From Parcubacteria group bacterium GW2011_GWA2_40_23 (GTDB lineage: Bacteria > Patescibacteriota > Patescibacteriia > UBA11705 > JABHMO01), in assembly GCA_000996245.1 (NCBI GenBank), contig LBYP01000005.1, forward strand, positions 10,305 to 74,304: a DNA stretch of 64,000 nt, read 5' to 3'. Made by a program: the position numbers and the translations under genes. The notes below the pieces were generated by a model, which was not told where the DNA came from, searched no databases, and was given only the letters and a program-made list of their open reading frames with translations. Below are positions 40,477-49,816 of the stretch, piece by piece (the stretch's first letter is position 1; each line of letters begins with the position of its first letter).

Positions 40477-41706
40477 TTAAAGTACGCGCAAAATAAGAAC
40501 TTTTAAATAACCTCCTTCTGTAAAGCTGGGAAGTTCGAGATGATCTGGTGCAAAAGTTAAAACTTCGAGTATTTGAATTGTTTTGCCAGCATTAATGCTG
40601 GCATTAACCAAAATATTTTTAAAATCATCAAGTGACAAATGAGCGGAACAAGAGCAAGTCATCAAAATGGAATTTGAAGGCATGATTCTCATGGCCACTT
40701 CGTTGATGCTTTTGTAGCCGATCATGCCTTCTTTAATTTTGTCTCGGTCTTTGATAAAAGCTGGTGGATCAAGAACAATAACATCAAAAGTATTTGGTTC
40801 GATAGTGCGTAAATATTTTTTTACATCTTCGCAAATTGAGGTGTATTTTGTTTTTGGAAAATCATTAAGGATAAAGTTCTTTTCAGCTAGTTCAATTGCT
40901 TTGGGAGAGACATCAACACTTGTTACATGTTTAGCACCGGCTGCAAGAGCGTAGACAGAAAAACCACCAGTATAAGAAAAACAATTTAAAACATTTTTAT
41001 CTTTAACGTATTTGGTCAGAGCTTGGCGTTTGTCGCGTTGATCTAAAAAGAAACCAGTTTTTTGGCCCTCAACGACATCAACATCAAAGAGCAATCCATT
41101 TTCTTTGACTTTAATTGTGGCAGGAACTTTGCCAAAAAGTAAGCGCGAGCGGTTGTCCGTTTCTTCTTCAGTTAAAGAACGTTTATAGGTTTTATCGTAA
41201 ATACCTTTTGGTTTAACAATATCAATTAAGGCATTGATAATTTGTTCTTGCCAAGCTTCGATACCACGATTATGAAATTGAACAACTAAATAATCAGCAT
41301 ATTTATCCACGATAAGGCCTGGTAAAAAATCATTTTCACTATTTACGATACGGTAACAATTAGTTTTCTTTTGGTCGATGGCTTGGAGTCGAACGGAAAG
41401 TGCGAGTTCAATTCGTTTCACAAAAAAATCATCATTAACCTCTTCGTTTTCTTCATAACCCCAAATACGGACTGCAAGTTGCGAATATGAATTAAAAAAA
41501 CCTTGAGCTAAAAATTCATCATCGCTTGAATAGAGGCTGACCGGTTCGCCGTAACTTAAACCTTCAGGTAAATCAATAATAGCGCCAGAGTAAACCCACG
41601 GGTGTCCGCGTAAGATCGGACCAATTTTTTTTGTATAAACTGTTAACTTGATCATAGTTTTAATTTTCGGGGTTATTATCTCATTTTTGGTGATTTTGTC
41701 AATCAT
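40477..41706 (-). CDS. 23S rRNA m5C methyltransferase RlmI-like (PUA + MTase)
   Basis: NCFSYTGGFSVYALAAGAKHVTSVDVS and DVIVLDPP motifs. Confidence 0.65.
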   Translation of the reverse strand: MIDKITKNEIITPKIKTMIKLTVYTKKIGPILRGHPWVYSGAIIDLPEGLSYGEPVSLYSSDDEFLAQGFFNSYSQLAVRIWGYEENEEVNDDFFVKRIELALSVRLQAIDQKKTNCYRIVNSENDFLPGLIVDKYADYLVVQFHNRGIEAWQEQIINALIDIVKPKGIYDKTYKRSLTEEETDNRSRLLFGKVPATIKVKENGLLFDVDVVEGQKTGFFLDQRDKRQALTKYVKDKNVLNCFSYTGGFSVYALAAGAKHVTSVDVSPKAIELAEKNFILNDFPKTKYTSICEDVKKYLRTIEPNTFDVIVLDPPAFIKDRDKIKEGMIGYKSINEVAMRIMPSNSILMTCSCSAHLSLDDFKNILVNASINAGKTIQILEVLTFAPDHLELPSFTEGGYLKVLILRVL

Positions 41707-41708
41707 TT

Positions 41709-41862
41709 CTTAAGCGTCATTGCGAGACCGTGAAACAGGTCGAAGTAATCCCCGATATCTCAACTATTTTGTATTGCTATCATAGATATATTAATAAGTT
41801 AACGATCATTAAGATTTCGGGGATTGCTTCGGGCTGCCCATAGCGCCCTCGCAATGACCTTT
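41709..41862. repeat. imperfect ~50-bp inverted repeat pair flanking a 55-bp AT-rich core
   Basis: Left arm gtcattgcgag...cgaagtaatccccga; right arm tcggggattgcttcg...ctcgcaatgac; sits at the junction into a GC-rich island. Confidence 0.4.
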
Positions 41863-41871
41863 GGATTTAGG

Positions 41872-41911
41872 GAAAAAAACACCCCCGCACCACAGATGAC
41901 TGGGTGCGGGG
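41872..41911 (-). terminator. rho-independent terminator
   Basis: ccccgcacc...ggtgcgggg with a T-run on the minus strand. Confidence 0.6.
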
Positions 41912-41952
41912 TAAACCCAACTCATTGTCGAACGAGCGGGGCGTTATGGCTA

Positions 41953-42108
41953 TCACCAGCGGGAACTGAACTCGTTGGTGTCGTCGTAGCCGAAGTCCGG
42001 GGAGAGATCCTTGAACAAAAGGTGTAAGCCGATGGCCAGACCGATCAGTGGGATGCACAGAAGAACAGTACAGATGCCGAGGACGCAGTCGATTTTCTGT
42101 CTCAGCAT
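41953..42108 (-). CDS. small single-TM protein (51 aa), GC-rich
   Basis: Not in the ORF track (<60 aa); GGAAGAGAGGTG RBS; sequence MLRQKIDCVLGICTVLLCIPLIGLAIGLHLLF. Confidence 0.35.
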   Translation of the reverse strand: MLRQKIDCVLGICTVLLCIPLIGLAIGLHLLFKDLSPDFGYDDTNEFSSRW

Positions 42109-42599
42109 GAACACCTCTCTTCCTGTTTTTCGACCTCACGGGGATGTCGAATCGAGTAGAGGTAGAGGCCGAAAGCCAGGATGTCGGCGACGAACATGAT
42201 CCGAATGAAGTAGATGATCAGGAAGTCGAAGGCTTTGATCCAGGGGGACGAGTCTTCGAACACGAGGAAGGGGAGGATCTGCATGTCGATGGTTTTTACC
42301 ACGAAACAGAGACCGTAGCAGAGACTTGCTCCGAGAAAGGAGATTGTAACGCGAGTTGTCAGCTGCTTACCTTTACGGATCTCATCTCGCAGGTCGTCGG
42401 AAAACACCCAGAAGGAGAAGACCGCAACCATCGCCATCCAGAAAGTGGACGTGATGGATCCTTGATCTTCGGGAAAGACGCCAGGTTCGGTGTTCCAGAT
42501 GAAGACGCCGAGGAAGAGGATGATCGTGACGATTACGTGGGGAATCCAGAAGAGCAAGTCGAACACGAGCTTGAACCGCACGGGCGTGGGCTGTGCCAT
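42102..42599 (-). CDS. multi-TM membrane protein (165 aa), GC-rich
   Basis: Start MAQPTPVRF with GGAGGAAA RBS; 4-5 hydrophobic helices. Confidence 0.5.
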   Translation of the reverse strand: MAQPTPVRFKLVFDLLFWIPHVIVTIILFLGVFIWNTEPGVFPEDQGSITSTFWMAMVAVFSFWVFSDDLRDEIRKGKQLTTRVTISFLGASLCYGLCFVVKTIDMQILPFLVFEDSSPWIKAFDFLIIYFIRIMFVADILAFGLYLYSIRHPREVEKQEERCSC

Positions 42600-42631
42600 G
42601 GTTTCCTCCAATCCGAGTTTGTTGTTATTTC

Positions 42632-42877
42632 CTAGGCTGCACGGCGCGGCGGTGTGTGGTCATCCCCGTCTGGAAGTTCTTGCAGACGTTTTTTCAGTCT
42701 GTTCTCGGGCAGGTGGTGGTACATGAGTCCACAATCTTGGCAGTAGTTCTGGGTGGGGCCAAGTTCTGTCGGACGTTTTCCGCCGTAGATCGGTGCGCCG
42801 ACCGGAGTGCGTGTGATTTCTCTCACGATCGGGCCACCACAGACAACACACTTTGCATCGGTCACTTCGGCTGCCAT
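42632..42877 (-). CDS. small zinc-ribbon protein (81 aa), GC-rich
   Basis: MAAEVTDAKCVVCGG ... CQDCG; N-terminal pattern like the 70-aa protein at 30491..30700. Confidence 0.45.
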   Translation of the reverse strand: MAAEVTDAKCVVCGGPIVREITRTPVGAPIYGGKRPTELGPTQNYCQDCGLMYHHLPENRLKKRLQELPDGDDHTPPRRAA

Positions 42878-42958
42878 TGTTTTGCCTCAACGCAGTTACA
42901 TAGTTGATTAGAGATTAACATTTGGCGTGGTTTTGTCAATTCCATCCGATTTGCGATA

Positions 42959-43423
42959 ATGCACAGATTGACAACCACTATGGCTCAGGTAGAATGGGAG
43001 TATAATTTAATTATTTTCATTTTTATGCTTACAAGTGAAGTGACAAATATTGAGTTGGCACGTGAAAACTTTAAAATTTGGAATGAGTCTTTATTGTCAA
43101 AAGACGCTCAAAAAGTTGCTGAGCTTTATACCGTCGATAATACTTTTTTACCAACAATGTCCCCAGAATTCAAAAGAGGACAAGCATCAGCCGAAGGATA
43201 TTTTGTTCATTTTTTAGAGAAAAATCCAGTTGGTGAAATCGTTGAAGATGAATGTCAGGTTTTAGCACCAGATTGTTATTTACATTCAGGCTTATATAAT
43301 TTCACTGTTGGGCCAGAAGACAAACGGGAGGTTGTGGAAGCGCGATTCTCATATGTTTGGAAAAAAAATGAAGCCGGTAATTGGAAAATTCTTCATCATC
43401 ATTCATCAGTTAAACCGAGGTAA
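42959..43423 (+). CDS. NTF2-fold (SgcJ/EcaC, CaMKII-AD-like) protein
   Basis: ARENFKIWNESLLSKDAQKVAELYTVDNTF...; real start possibly 43025. Confidence 0.45.
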   Translation: MHRLTTTMAQVEWEYNLIIFIFMLTSEVTNIELARENFKIWNESLLSKDAQKVAELYTVDNTFLPTMSPEFKRGQASAEGYFVHFLEKNPVGEIVEDECQVLAPDCYLHSGLYNFTVGPEDKREVVEARFSYVWKKNEAGNWKILHHHSSVKPR

Positions 43424-43471
43424 TATTTTCTTAATAAAAAAGTCCCTGGAAATGGGACTTTTGGTTTTTTA

Positions 43472-44065
43472 TTATAAATTATTTTGCCTTAGCTGTTCTT
43501 TTAGCTTTTCGAGATTTTCAAATTTGTAAGATTTGATTCCAAGACTATTGGCAACCTCCACGTTTTTTTCCGAATCATCAAAATACAAACATTCTTCTGG
43601 TTTCAGGTCATTTTCTTCGAGGATTAGCTTGTAAGCTCTTTCGTCCGGCTTCACAAAACCAGTTTGCCAGGAATAATATCCTTTTTCAGGTAAGGTTTTT
43701 AAGAAAGAGAATGTTTCTTCGTAAAAATGTGTACGTTCTCGAAGATTATTAGACAGAATAAAAATTTTAAGGCCTTGTTTCTTCATGTTCTCGGCCAGCT
43801 CAAGCATTTCTGGAATATCGGTTTCGGTTTTAAACCAGTAATCATAAAATTCTTGTTTGGATAAGTTGATCTTCCAGTCAAAAAAGTATGGTTGCCAGTA
43901 TGAATAGAGGTCATTGGCATTGGGCAAACGAACTTGCGCCATAATCCCTTTGAGTGCTGGTAAAAACTTGTCAGAAGGAATTTTAAAGTCTTCAGCAAAG
44001 CGATCACTCAGCATTCTGCTTTGGATAAAGACGCCGTTTAAGTCAAAAATTATGGCTTTGATCAT
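43472..44065 (-). CDS. HAD-family hydrolase
   Basis: IIFDLNGV (DxN motif I). Confidence 0.6.
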   Translation of the reverse strand: MIKAIIFDLNGVFIQSRMLSDRFAEDFKIPSDKFLPALKGIMAQVRLPNANDLYSYWQPYFFDWKINLSKQEFYDYWFKTETDIPEMLELAENMKKQGLKIFILSNNLRERTHFYEETFSFLKTLPEKGYYSWQTGFVKPDERAYKLILEENDLKPEECLYFDDSEKNVEVANSLGIKSYKFENLEKLKEQLRQNNL

Positions 44066-44215
44066 ATAAAATTATTATAGGTTTCTAGCGTCTTTTCGTC
44101 AATTAAAAACATTGCTGAAGCACTCGGTATTTTTGCTTTTTAGACAAGAAAAGACAGATAGGTGGAATGGTAGACATGTGTTATACTTTTATAATAATTC
44201 ATGACGTTTTTTTGT

Positions 44216-45367
44216 ATGCTAGAAAACTATGTTTTTACGTCGGAGTCAGTTACAGAGGGGCATCCAGATAAAATTTGCGATCAGGTTTCGGATGCCATTT
44301 TGGATAGTCTATTAGCACTTGACCCCAAGTCGCATGTTGCAGTTGAATCATTTACTACAACAGGGTTGGTTATTGTTGCTGGTGAAGTCACGACAACAGG
44401 ATATGTTGATGTGCAAAAAGTTACTAGAAATGTTTTAGAAGAAATTGGTTATACTGATCCAGCATACGGAATAGATGCCGAGCATGCAGGAGTTTTAGTT
44501 TCTCTTCATGAGCAGTCTCATGATATTGCACAGGGCGTTAGTCAAGAGAAAAAAGAAGAACAAGGCGCTGGGGATCAGGGGTTAATGTTTGGTTATGCTT
44601 GTAATGAAACTGAGCAGTTGATGCCACTGCCAATTGTCCTGGCTCATCAGCTCTGTCAAAAACTGGCCGAGGTCAGAAAAAATGGGACTTTACCGTATTT
44701 ACGTCCAGATGGAAAATCACAAGTAGCGGTAGAATATGAAGCTGGTAAGCCAAAATGCCTTAAAAACGTGGTTATAGCGGCCCAGCATCATGATACAGTT
44801 AGTACTGAGCAATTGAGATTGGATATTATTCAAAAGGTTATTAAACCAGTTTGTCAAAAGTATCTCAATAATGAAACAAAGTTTCATATTAATATGACAG
44901 GCAGGTTTGTTGTAGGTGGTCCTCAAGGTGACACGGGGCTTACTGGAAGAAAGATTATTGTTGATACTTATGGTGGCATGGGCAGACATGGAGGCGGTTG
45001 TTTCTCGGGCAAGGATCCATCAAAGGTTGATAGGTCTGGTGCTTATATGGCTCGTTATGTAGCCAAAAATATTGTGGCGGCTGGCTTAGCAGACAAATGT
45101 GAATTACAGGTTGCTTATGTTATTGGCCAGGCGGAGCCGACCAGTATTAATATTAATACTTTTAATACTGGAAAATTTGCTGACGATAAGTTGGTAGAAA
45201 TAATTAAACAAGTTTTTGATTTTCGTCCTGGTAAGATTATTGAGCATTTAGATTTATTAAAGCCAATATACAGAAAGACAGCTACTTATGGACATTTTGG
45301 TCGGTCTGAGTTTAGTTGGGAAAAATTGGATAAAGTCGATGAGTTGAAACAAAAGAGTCTAGTTTAA
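44216..45367 (+). CDS. metK: S-adenosylmethionine synthetase
   Basis: [24 protein letters not shown]; start at ATG 44216 inside ORF 44201..45367. Confidence 0.9.
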   Translation: MLENYVFTSESVTEGHPDKICDQVSDAILDSLLALDPKSHVAVESFTTTGLVIVAGEVTTTGYVDVQKVTRNVLEEIGYTDPAYGIDAEHAGVLVSLHEQSHDIAQGVSQEKKEEQGAGDQGLMFGYACNETEQLMPLPIVLAHQLCQKLAEVRKNGTLPYLRPDGKSQVAVEYEAGKPKCLKNVVIAAQHHDTVSTEQLRLDIIQKVIKPVCQKYLNNETKFHINMTGRFVVGGPQGDTGLTGRKIIVDTYGGMGRHGGGCFSGKDPSKVDRSGAYMARYVAKNIVAAGLADKCELQVAYVIGQAEPTSININTFNTGKFADDKLVEIIKQVFDFRPGKIIEHLDLLKPIYRKTATYGHFGRSEFSWEKLDKVDELKQKSLV

Positions 45368-45375
45368 GTAAGAAC

Positions 45376-45412
45376 AAAAAAGTACCCGGTTTTTTAGACG
45401 GGGTACTTTTTT
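45376..45412. terminator. bidirectional rho-independent terminator
   Basis: agtacccg...cggggtact with A-run and T-run flanks. Confidence 0.6.
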
Positions 45413-45434
45413 AGATCACCAGTTTAGAATTGTT

Positions 45435-46439
45435 TTAAATAAGTGATTCTTTATTCGACGGAAACGTAACCGCATTACGTATATCCGCTTCACCCATAAG
45501 CCACTGAATTACGCGTGCCAGCCCAAAGCCACAGCCTGCATGTGGAATAGCGCCATTTGTTTTGACTTGGTTAATATACCACTCAAAATCTGCCAGGCTG
45601 CCGCCACGTTCCAGTAACCGCTTATACATGCGCGAATTTTCAAGACGTGATTGTAATGTTTTAGCATCGTGCGCCCGGGCGGCAGAACCAACTGCTTCTC
45701 CGCCGAATGGAAGAATTAAATCCGCAGATAAAACACGACCCGGGTTTTCCGGGTCGGGCAACATGTTGAAAAATTTTTCTACTTCTATTTCTTTATCAAA
45801 CATCCACATTGGATCAGGAAATCGAGTAATAAACAGTGGTTGATTCCCATTGGCTTGAACAAGAAGGCGTTCCTGGGCCGATGAAATGTCGTCACCCCAC
45901 TCAATTTTTTCTCCAAGACCGATGAGTCTTTTAATGGTTTGATCGTAAGTGTATTTGGTAAAGATTTGAGGACAGGCTGAAAGTCTTGTAATATTTTCGG
46001 GCGTTATTTCAAGACTGCCGGCGGATTGAGATGAATGAACCATACTTTGAGCTACATGGTAGAGGAGTCCTTCGATGTATTGGAGTAATTGATCGAATCC
46101 GCCGGGGTGTTCTATTTCTATCATCAAGAATTCAGTGAGATGGCGATTATCAACTTTTTGTTCTGCGCGGAAGCTGGGGCCGACGCAATAAACATTACCG
46201 AGTTCTGGTACGAGCGCTTCCAAGTAGAGTTGTCCTGTTTGAGCTAAATAACTTTTAAGGCCATTGAACCACTTATCGTTTTGGTCGGACGAGACCTCAA
46301 ATAAGGTATTGACGTTCTCGCAGGCGCCTGAGGCTCGAACTATTCTGGGCACGACAATTTCTGTGTAATCATTTTGAGTTAAGTATTCGCGCGAGCTTTT
46401 TAAAACCAGGTCAGTAAGTTTGATTACTGATGTTTGCAT
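45435..46439 (-). CDS. class-II aaRS-like asparagine synthetase (AsnA / AsnRS-catalytic-domain-like)
   Basis: Class II synthetase-like core of 334 aa without an anticodon-binding domain. Confidence 0.5.
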   Translation of the reverse strand: MQTSVIKLTDLVLKSSREYLTQNDYTEIVVPRIVRASGACENVNTLFEVSSDQNDKWFNGLKSYLAQTGQLYLEALVPELGNVYCVGPSFRAEQKVDNRHLTEFLMIEIEHPGGFDQLLQYIEGLLYHVAQSMVHSSQSAGSLEITPENITRLSACPQIFTKYTYDQTIKRLIGLGEKIEWGDDISSAQERLLVQANGNQPLFITRFPDPMWMFDKEIEVEKFFNMLPDPENPGRVLSADLILPFGGEAVGSAARAHDAKTLQSRLENSRMYKRLLERGGSLADFEWYINQVKTNGAIPHAGCGFGLARVIQWLMGEADIRNAVTFPSNKESLI

Positions 46440-46499
46440 ACTTTTTTAATTAATTAATTTTAACAACAACCATTGGCCGTTGTTTTGTTTGCGTTGTAT

Positions 46500-46519
46500 G
46501 GGTTCAAGAGATTGAACCC
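46500..46519. promoter_or_regulatory. palindromic motif GGGTTCAAGAGATTGAACCC (copy 2 of 2)
   Basis: Shares the context TTGTATGGGyTCAAGArATTGArCCCTGTC with copy 1; located upstream of the AsnA-like gene. Confidence 0.4.
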
Positions 46520-46774
46520 TGTCCACGGCGTTATTTACGTCAGGTCATATTTTTTGGGGTTAAAAAAATTCCCCCGCGAACGGGGGAATTTGATGAATTA
46601 ATATATAAACTGTCTTTTGGCTTGATTGGTTTTTTCTTCCTATGTTTTCTTGCTAATTGAAACATATGGTTTTGTTGTGAGTATTATACTCCCTGCGGAA
46701 ATGACGTCAAATGAGGCTGTGTATTGGAAAATAAGGCCGCGCTGATAATGTACCAGCGCGGTGGTGGAGATTAA

Positions 46775-47344
46775 TCACGATTCATCATTTTCTGGAAAAG
46801 GAAGGTCACTGTTTTCTTGGACAAAGAGAGCTCTGTCTCGTGGCATTTGATTCCGAGCAGATTGACCGTCGCCCCACTGGAGTTCATAATCGTAGCTGAG
46901 TTGATCGAGGAAGTGGTGGTTGGGGTATTGATTACTATCGGCTTTGATGATGCGGAAGTCCTCGATCTTTTTGCTTTTGACGTGCAATAGTCCTACCCAG
47001 CCAAAGCTCAATGCACAGAGCTTTGTCATGACGATCGATAAACGGAAAGGATCAATTGTCTTGGTGCGGAAAACAACCGCGGTACCAGCGCCGATCAATT
47101 GCCAGAATTCTTGGCTGAACTGGTCAACTATATTGTTGGCTTCGTGCCAATCGTATTTGCTCAAAAAGGGGAATTCCAGAATAAAACAGCCGAACCTTTC
47201 CTCTTCTTTGTCTGATCGATTAGTAACAAGACAGGCAGAAGTGATTTTGCCTCGTTTTTCCTTCTGACGTCTTAGCTCACGTTCGGTGTAAGCCTGTTGT
47301 TCATTTATCTTCCGCATACACTGTTCGACATAGTCATCGTTCAT
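46775..47344 (-). CDS. hypothetical protein (189 aa), mid-GC
   Basis: GGGGAG RBS. Confidence 0.45.
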   Translation of the reverse strand: MNDDYVEQCMRKINEQQAYTERELRRQKEKRGKITSACLVTNRSDKEEERFGCFILEFPFLSKYDWHEANNIVDQFSQEFWQLIGAGTAVVFRTKTIDPFRLSIVMTKLCALSFGWVGLLHVKSKKIEDFRIIKADSNQYPNHHFLDQLSYDYELQWGDGQSARNQMPRDRALFVQENSDLPFPENDES

Positions 47345-47515
47345 GTGTAGCTCCCCTGTGAATTAGTCTTGTTACCTCCATGGTAACTGTGTATTATATA
47401 GTGAGCTAGATAGTTGTTCAATAATTCAGGACAGAAACAATGAATATTGGTAAATATTTGACATATTTTAGCAAATAAAGCATACTTAGTTTGATGTCGG
47501 AATAAGTGAACACAT

Positions 47516-48265
47516 ATGGCAAAAATAGAATATATCGAGAAATTAGGGTTAACAAAAAAGCAAGCCGAAGTATACTTGGCTTGTTTAAAGCTCGGTCCGT
47601 CAAAGGTGGGAGGGATACAGAAAGAGGTGAATATTAAAAGAACAACTCTTTATGATATTTTGGGAGAGTTAGAGAGCTTGGGTCTTGTGTCACATTCAAT
47701 AAAACAAAAGACAAGAATATATAACCCAGAGAATCCAAATAAATTGAAAGAATTGATTGATGATAAAAGTAAAATCGTCCAAAGTATTTTACCGGATCTT
47801 CAGCAATTGTTTGCTTCTGTTACTTATAGACCTGCCATTCGTTTTTTTGAAGGTTCGGAAGGAATTAAACAAATATATCAAGACACATTAAATTGTAAGG
47901 AAAAAAAGATTTTGCAGATTGTGTCAGTTAAAGACTTCCAAGAATTTCCCGGTAAAGTATTTATGACTTGGTACGTAGAAGAGCGTGCAAGAAAAAATAT
48001 TAAAGCACAAGCAATCCATCCTAAGGCAGGGGATATTTATGATAATCATTTTGGAAAGAATAATATTCTTTTAAAAAGAGAGGTAAAATATATGCCGACC
48101 TCCTTGTTTACCATGTCGATGATAATGGTTTACGACAATAACGTAGTGGCCATGTCAACAAAAAAAGAAAATTATGGTTTTATAATTGAGAGCAAGGAAT
48201 ATTCTAATGCCATGCGTGCTATGTTTGATTTGTTGTGGAAATTAGGAAGTGAGTCGCATGATTAA
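47516..48265 (+). CDS. TrmB-family transcriptional regulator
   Basis: LGLTKKQAEVYLACLKLGPSKVGGIQKEVNIKRTTLYDIL. Confidence 0.65.
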   Translation: MAKIEYIEKLGLTKKQAEVYLACLKLGPSKVGGIQKEVNIKRTTLYDILGELESLGLVSHSIKQKTRIYNPENPNKLKELIDDKSKIVQSILPDLQQLFASVTYRPAIRFFEGSEGIKQIYQDTLNCKEKKILQIVSVKDFQEFPGKVFMTWYVEERARKNIKAQAIHPKAGDIYDNHFGKNNILLKREVKYMPTSLFTMSMIMVYDNNVVAMSTKKENYGFIIESKEYSNAMRAMFDLLWKLGSESHD

Positions 48266-48276
48266 TTTCTATTCTT

Positions 48277-48885
48277 ATGAAAGCTAAAATTACAATTTAC
48301 GATTCAGCCGAAGGCTACGACCTAGCCTCCGCTGATTATGATAAAAAAGAAGCTTATCTAAACAGTTTCGAAAAAGACTGGTGGGATTATGATTTAACTG
48401 ATTTGTCAGAAAAGGATGTACTCGACGTCGGCGCTGGGACTGGACGATTATCTGTGACATTGCTTCGTCGAGGAGCCAAAGTCACAGCACTTGATGTCTC
48501 TGCAAAAATGCTCGAGAGATTGCACAAAAAAGGTCCGGCTATCAATATCGTCGAGGGCGATGCAGAAAATCTACCATTTGAGTCAGAATCGTTTGATTTA
48601 ATCACTGCAGCCTTTGTTGTTGTTCATCTAAAAGATCCTGCAATATTTTTTAAAGAAGCAGAAAGAGTTTTGCGTCCTGGCGGATTATTGATTATCACGA
48701 ATATTAATCAAAAAGAAGCGCCCTCGGTAAAAACTTCTGTTGGTCAAATTAAAATTAAGTCATATTATCATCGTCCTGAAATGATTTTGGAGTTGTTGGA
48801 GTCGGCGAGATTTAAGTTTGTTAAAGAAAAAATAATTAAGGAGGGCGGGAATTGGATAAATCAAATTGTAACAGCACAAAAATAA
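48277..48885 (+). CDS. class I SAM-dependent methyltransferase
   Basis: VLDVGAGTGRLS. Confidence 0.65.
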   Translation: MKAKITIYDSAEGYDLASADYDKKEAYLNSFEKDWWDYDLTDLSEKDVLDVGAGTGRLSVTLLRRGAKVTALDVSAKMLERLHKKGPAINIVEGDAENLPFESESFDLITAAFVVVHLKDPAIFFKEAERVLRPGGLLIITNINQKEAPSVKTSVGQIKIKSYYHRPEMILELLESARFKFVKEKIIKEGGNWINQIVTAQK

Positions 48886-48923
48886 AAGTTTTAAATTTAA
48901 AAACAGTTCGTAAGGGGCTGTTT

Positions 48924-49673
48924 TTAGGTTTTTATGCAATTTTTGTACATGAATTTCCACCAAATGCGGTAGCTATCAGCGAGTTTTTTATCACGAAGGA
49001 CAAATATAGTAACGTCATCTGAAATACTTTTATAGTTCAATCCAGTAAAGGTTACGACATAGTCACCAAAAATGTCAGCTGCAGAAATAGTGGAAAATTC
49101 TTTAGGCATAAAACGATTATTGTTTCCCATTAATACGAGTTCTCCCGGTGGAGTTTTTTCTTGAACTTCAATATCAAAAATATGATAAAAATTTATTTTT
49201 TTCTTTTTTGCTTCAACTAAAAATTTTGTCAAAAAAGTATTGATGCGCGGGTCTAGCCAACCAAGCTTGGCGCCGATGAAGTAAACATCTTTGCCCTCGT
49301 GCAAAATATCGCGCATGTAATTCTTGAAACCTTCAAGACCTCTATAGATGCAGGCTTCTTGCGGGCTTTCTTTTTCCTCAAAGGTTCTTTTTAATTCTGG
49401 AAGTATTAGTCGAAGCTCGGCTTCTTTTTCTTTCAATAATTCCAATAATTTCCCAGGATCTACTGGCGCATATTTATTTTCCCCTTTAGAAATAATGGGG
49501 AAGATCAGCCCCTTATCTACGAGCCGACCAACAGTGTCATAGACGTTCCGACGATGTATTTTGGAATGGGTTGAAATGGTCCCAACTCCGGCTTCTTTGA
49601 GGGCTAAAAGGGATTCATAAATTTTGGCTTCGTTGAGTGACAAGCCGATGTTTTGGAGTGTTTGAAGTAGCAT
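48924..49673 (-). CDS. TrmB-family transcriptional regulator
   Basis: IGLSLNEAKIYESLLALKEAGVGTISTHSKIHRRNVYDTV. Confidence 0.6.
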   Translation of the reverse strand: MLLQTLQNIGLSLNEAKIYESLLALKEAGVGTISTHSKIHRRNVYDTVGRLVDKGLIFPIISKGENKYAPVDPGKLLELLKEKEAELRLILPELKRTFEEKESPQEACIYRGLEGFKNYMRDILHEGKDVYFIGAKLGWLDPRINTFLTKFLVEAKKKKINFYHIFDIEVQEKTPPGELVLMGNNNRFMPKEFSTISAADIFGDYVVTFTGLNYKSISDDVTIFVLRDKKLADSYRIWWKFMYKNCIKT

Positions 49674-49816
49674 AATATTGGTTATTTTATCTAAATTTAG
49701 TGTAGCATTTTGTGGTGGTATTGACCACTCATTATATATATGCTATAATACTATTTATTACGGTCTTTGTCAAGGCCGTATTTTTTATTTAAAAATAATT
49801 AATAATAAATCTGAGT

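Noticed and set aside
41867-42139. 90-aa minus ORF
   Set aside because: It lies in a different frame from, and overlaps, the better-supported 51-aa TM ORF and the terminator hairpin.
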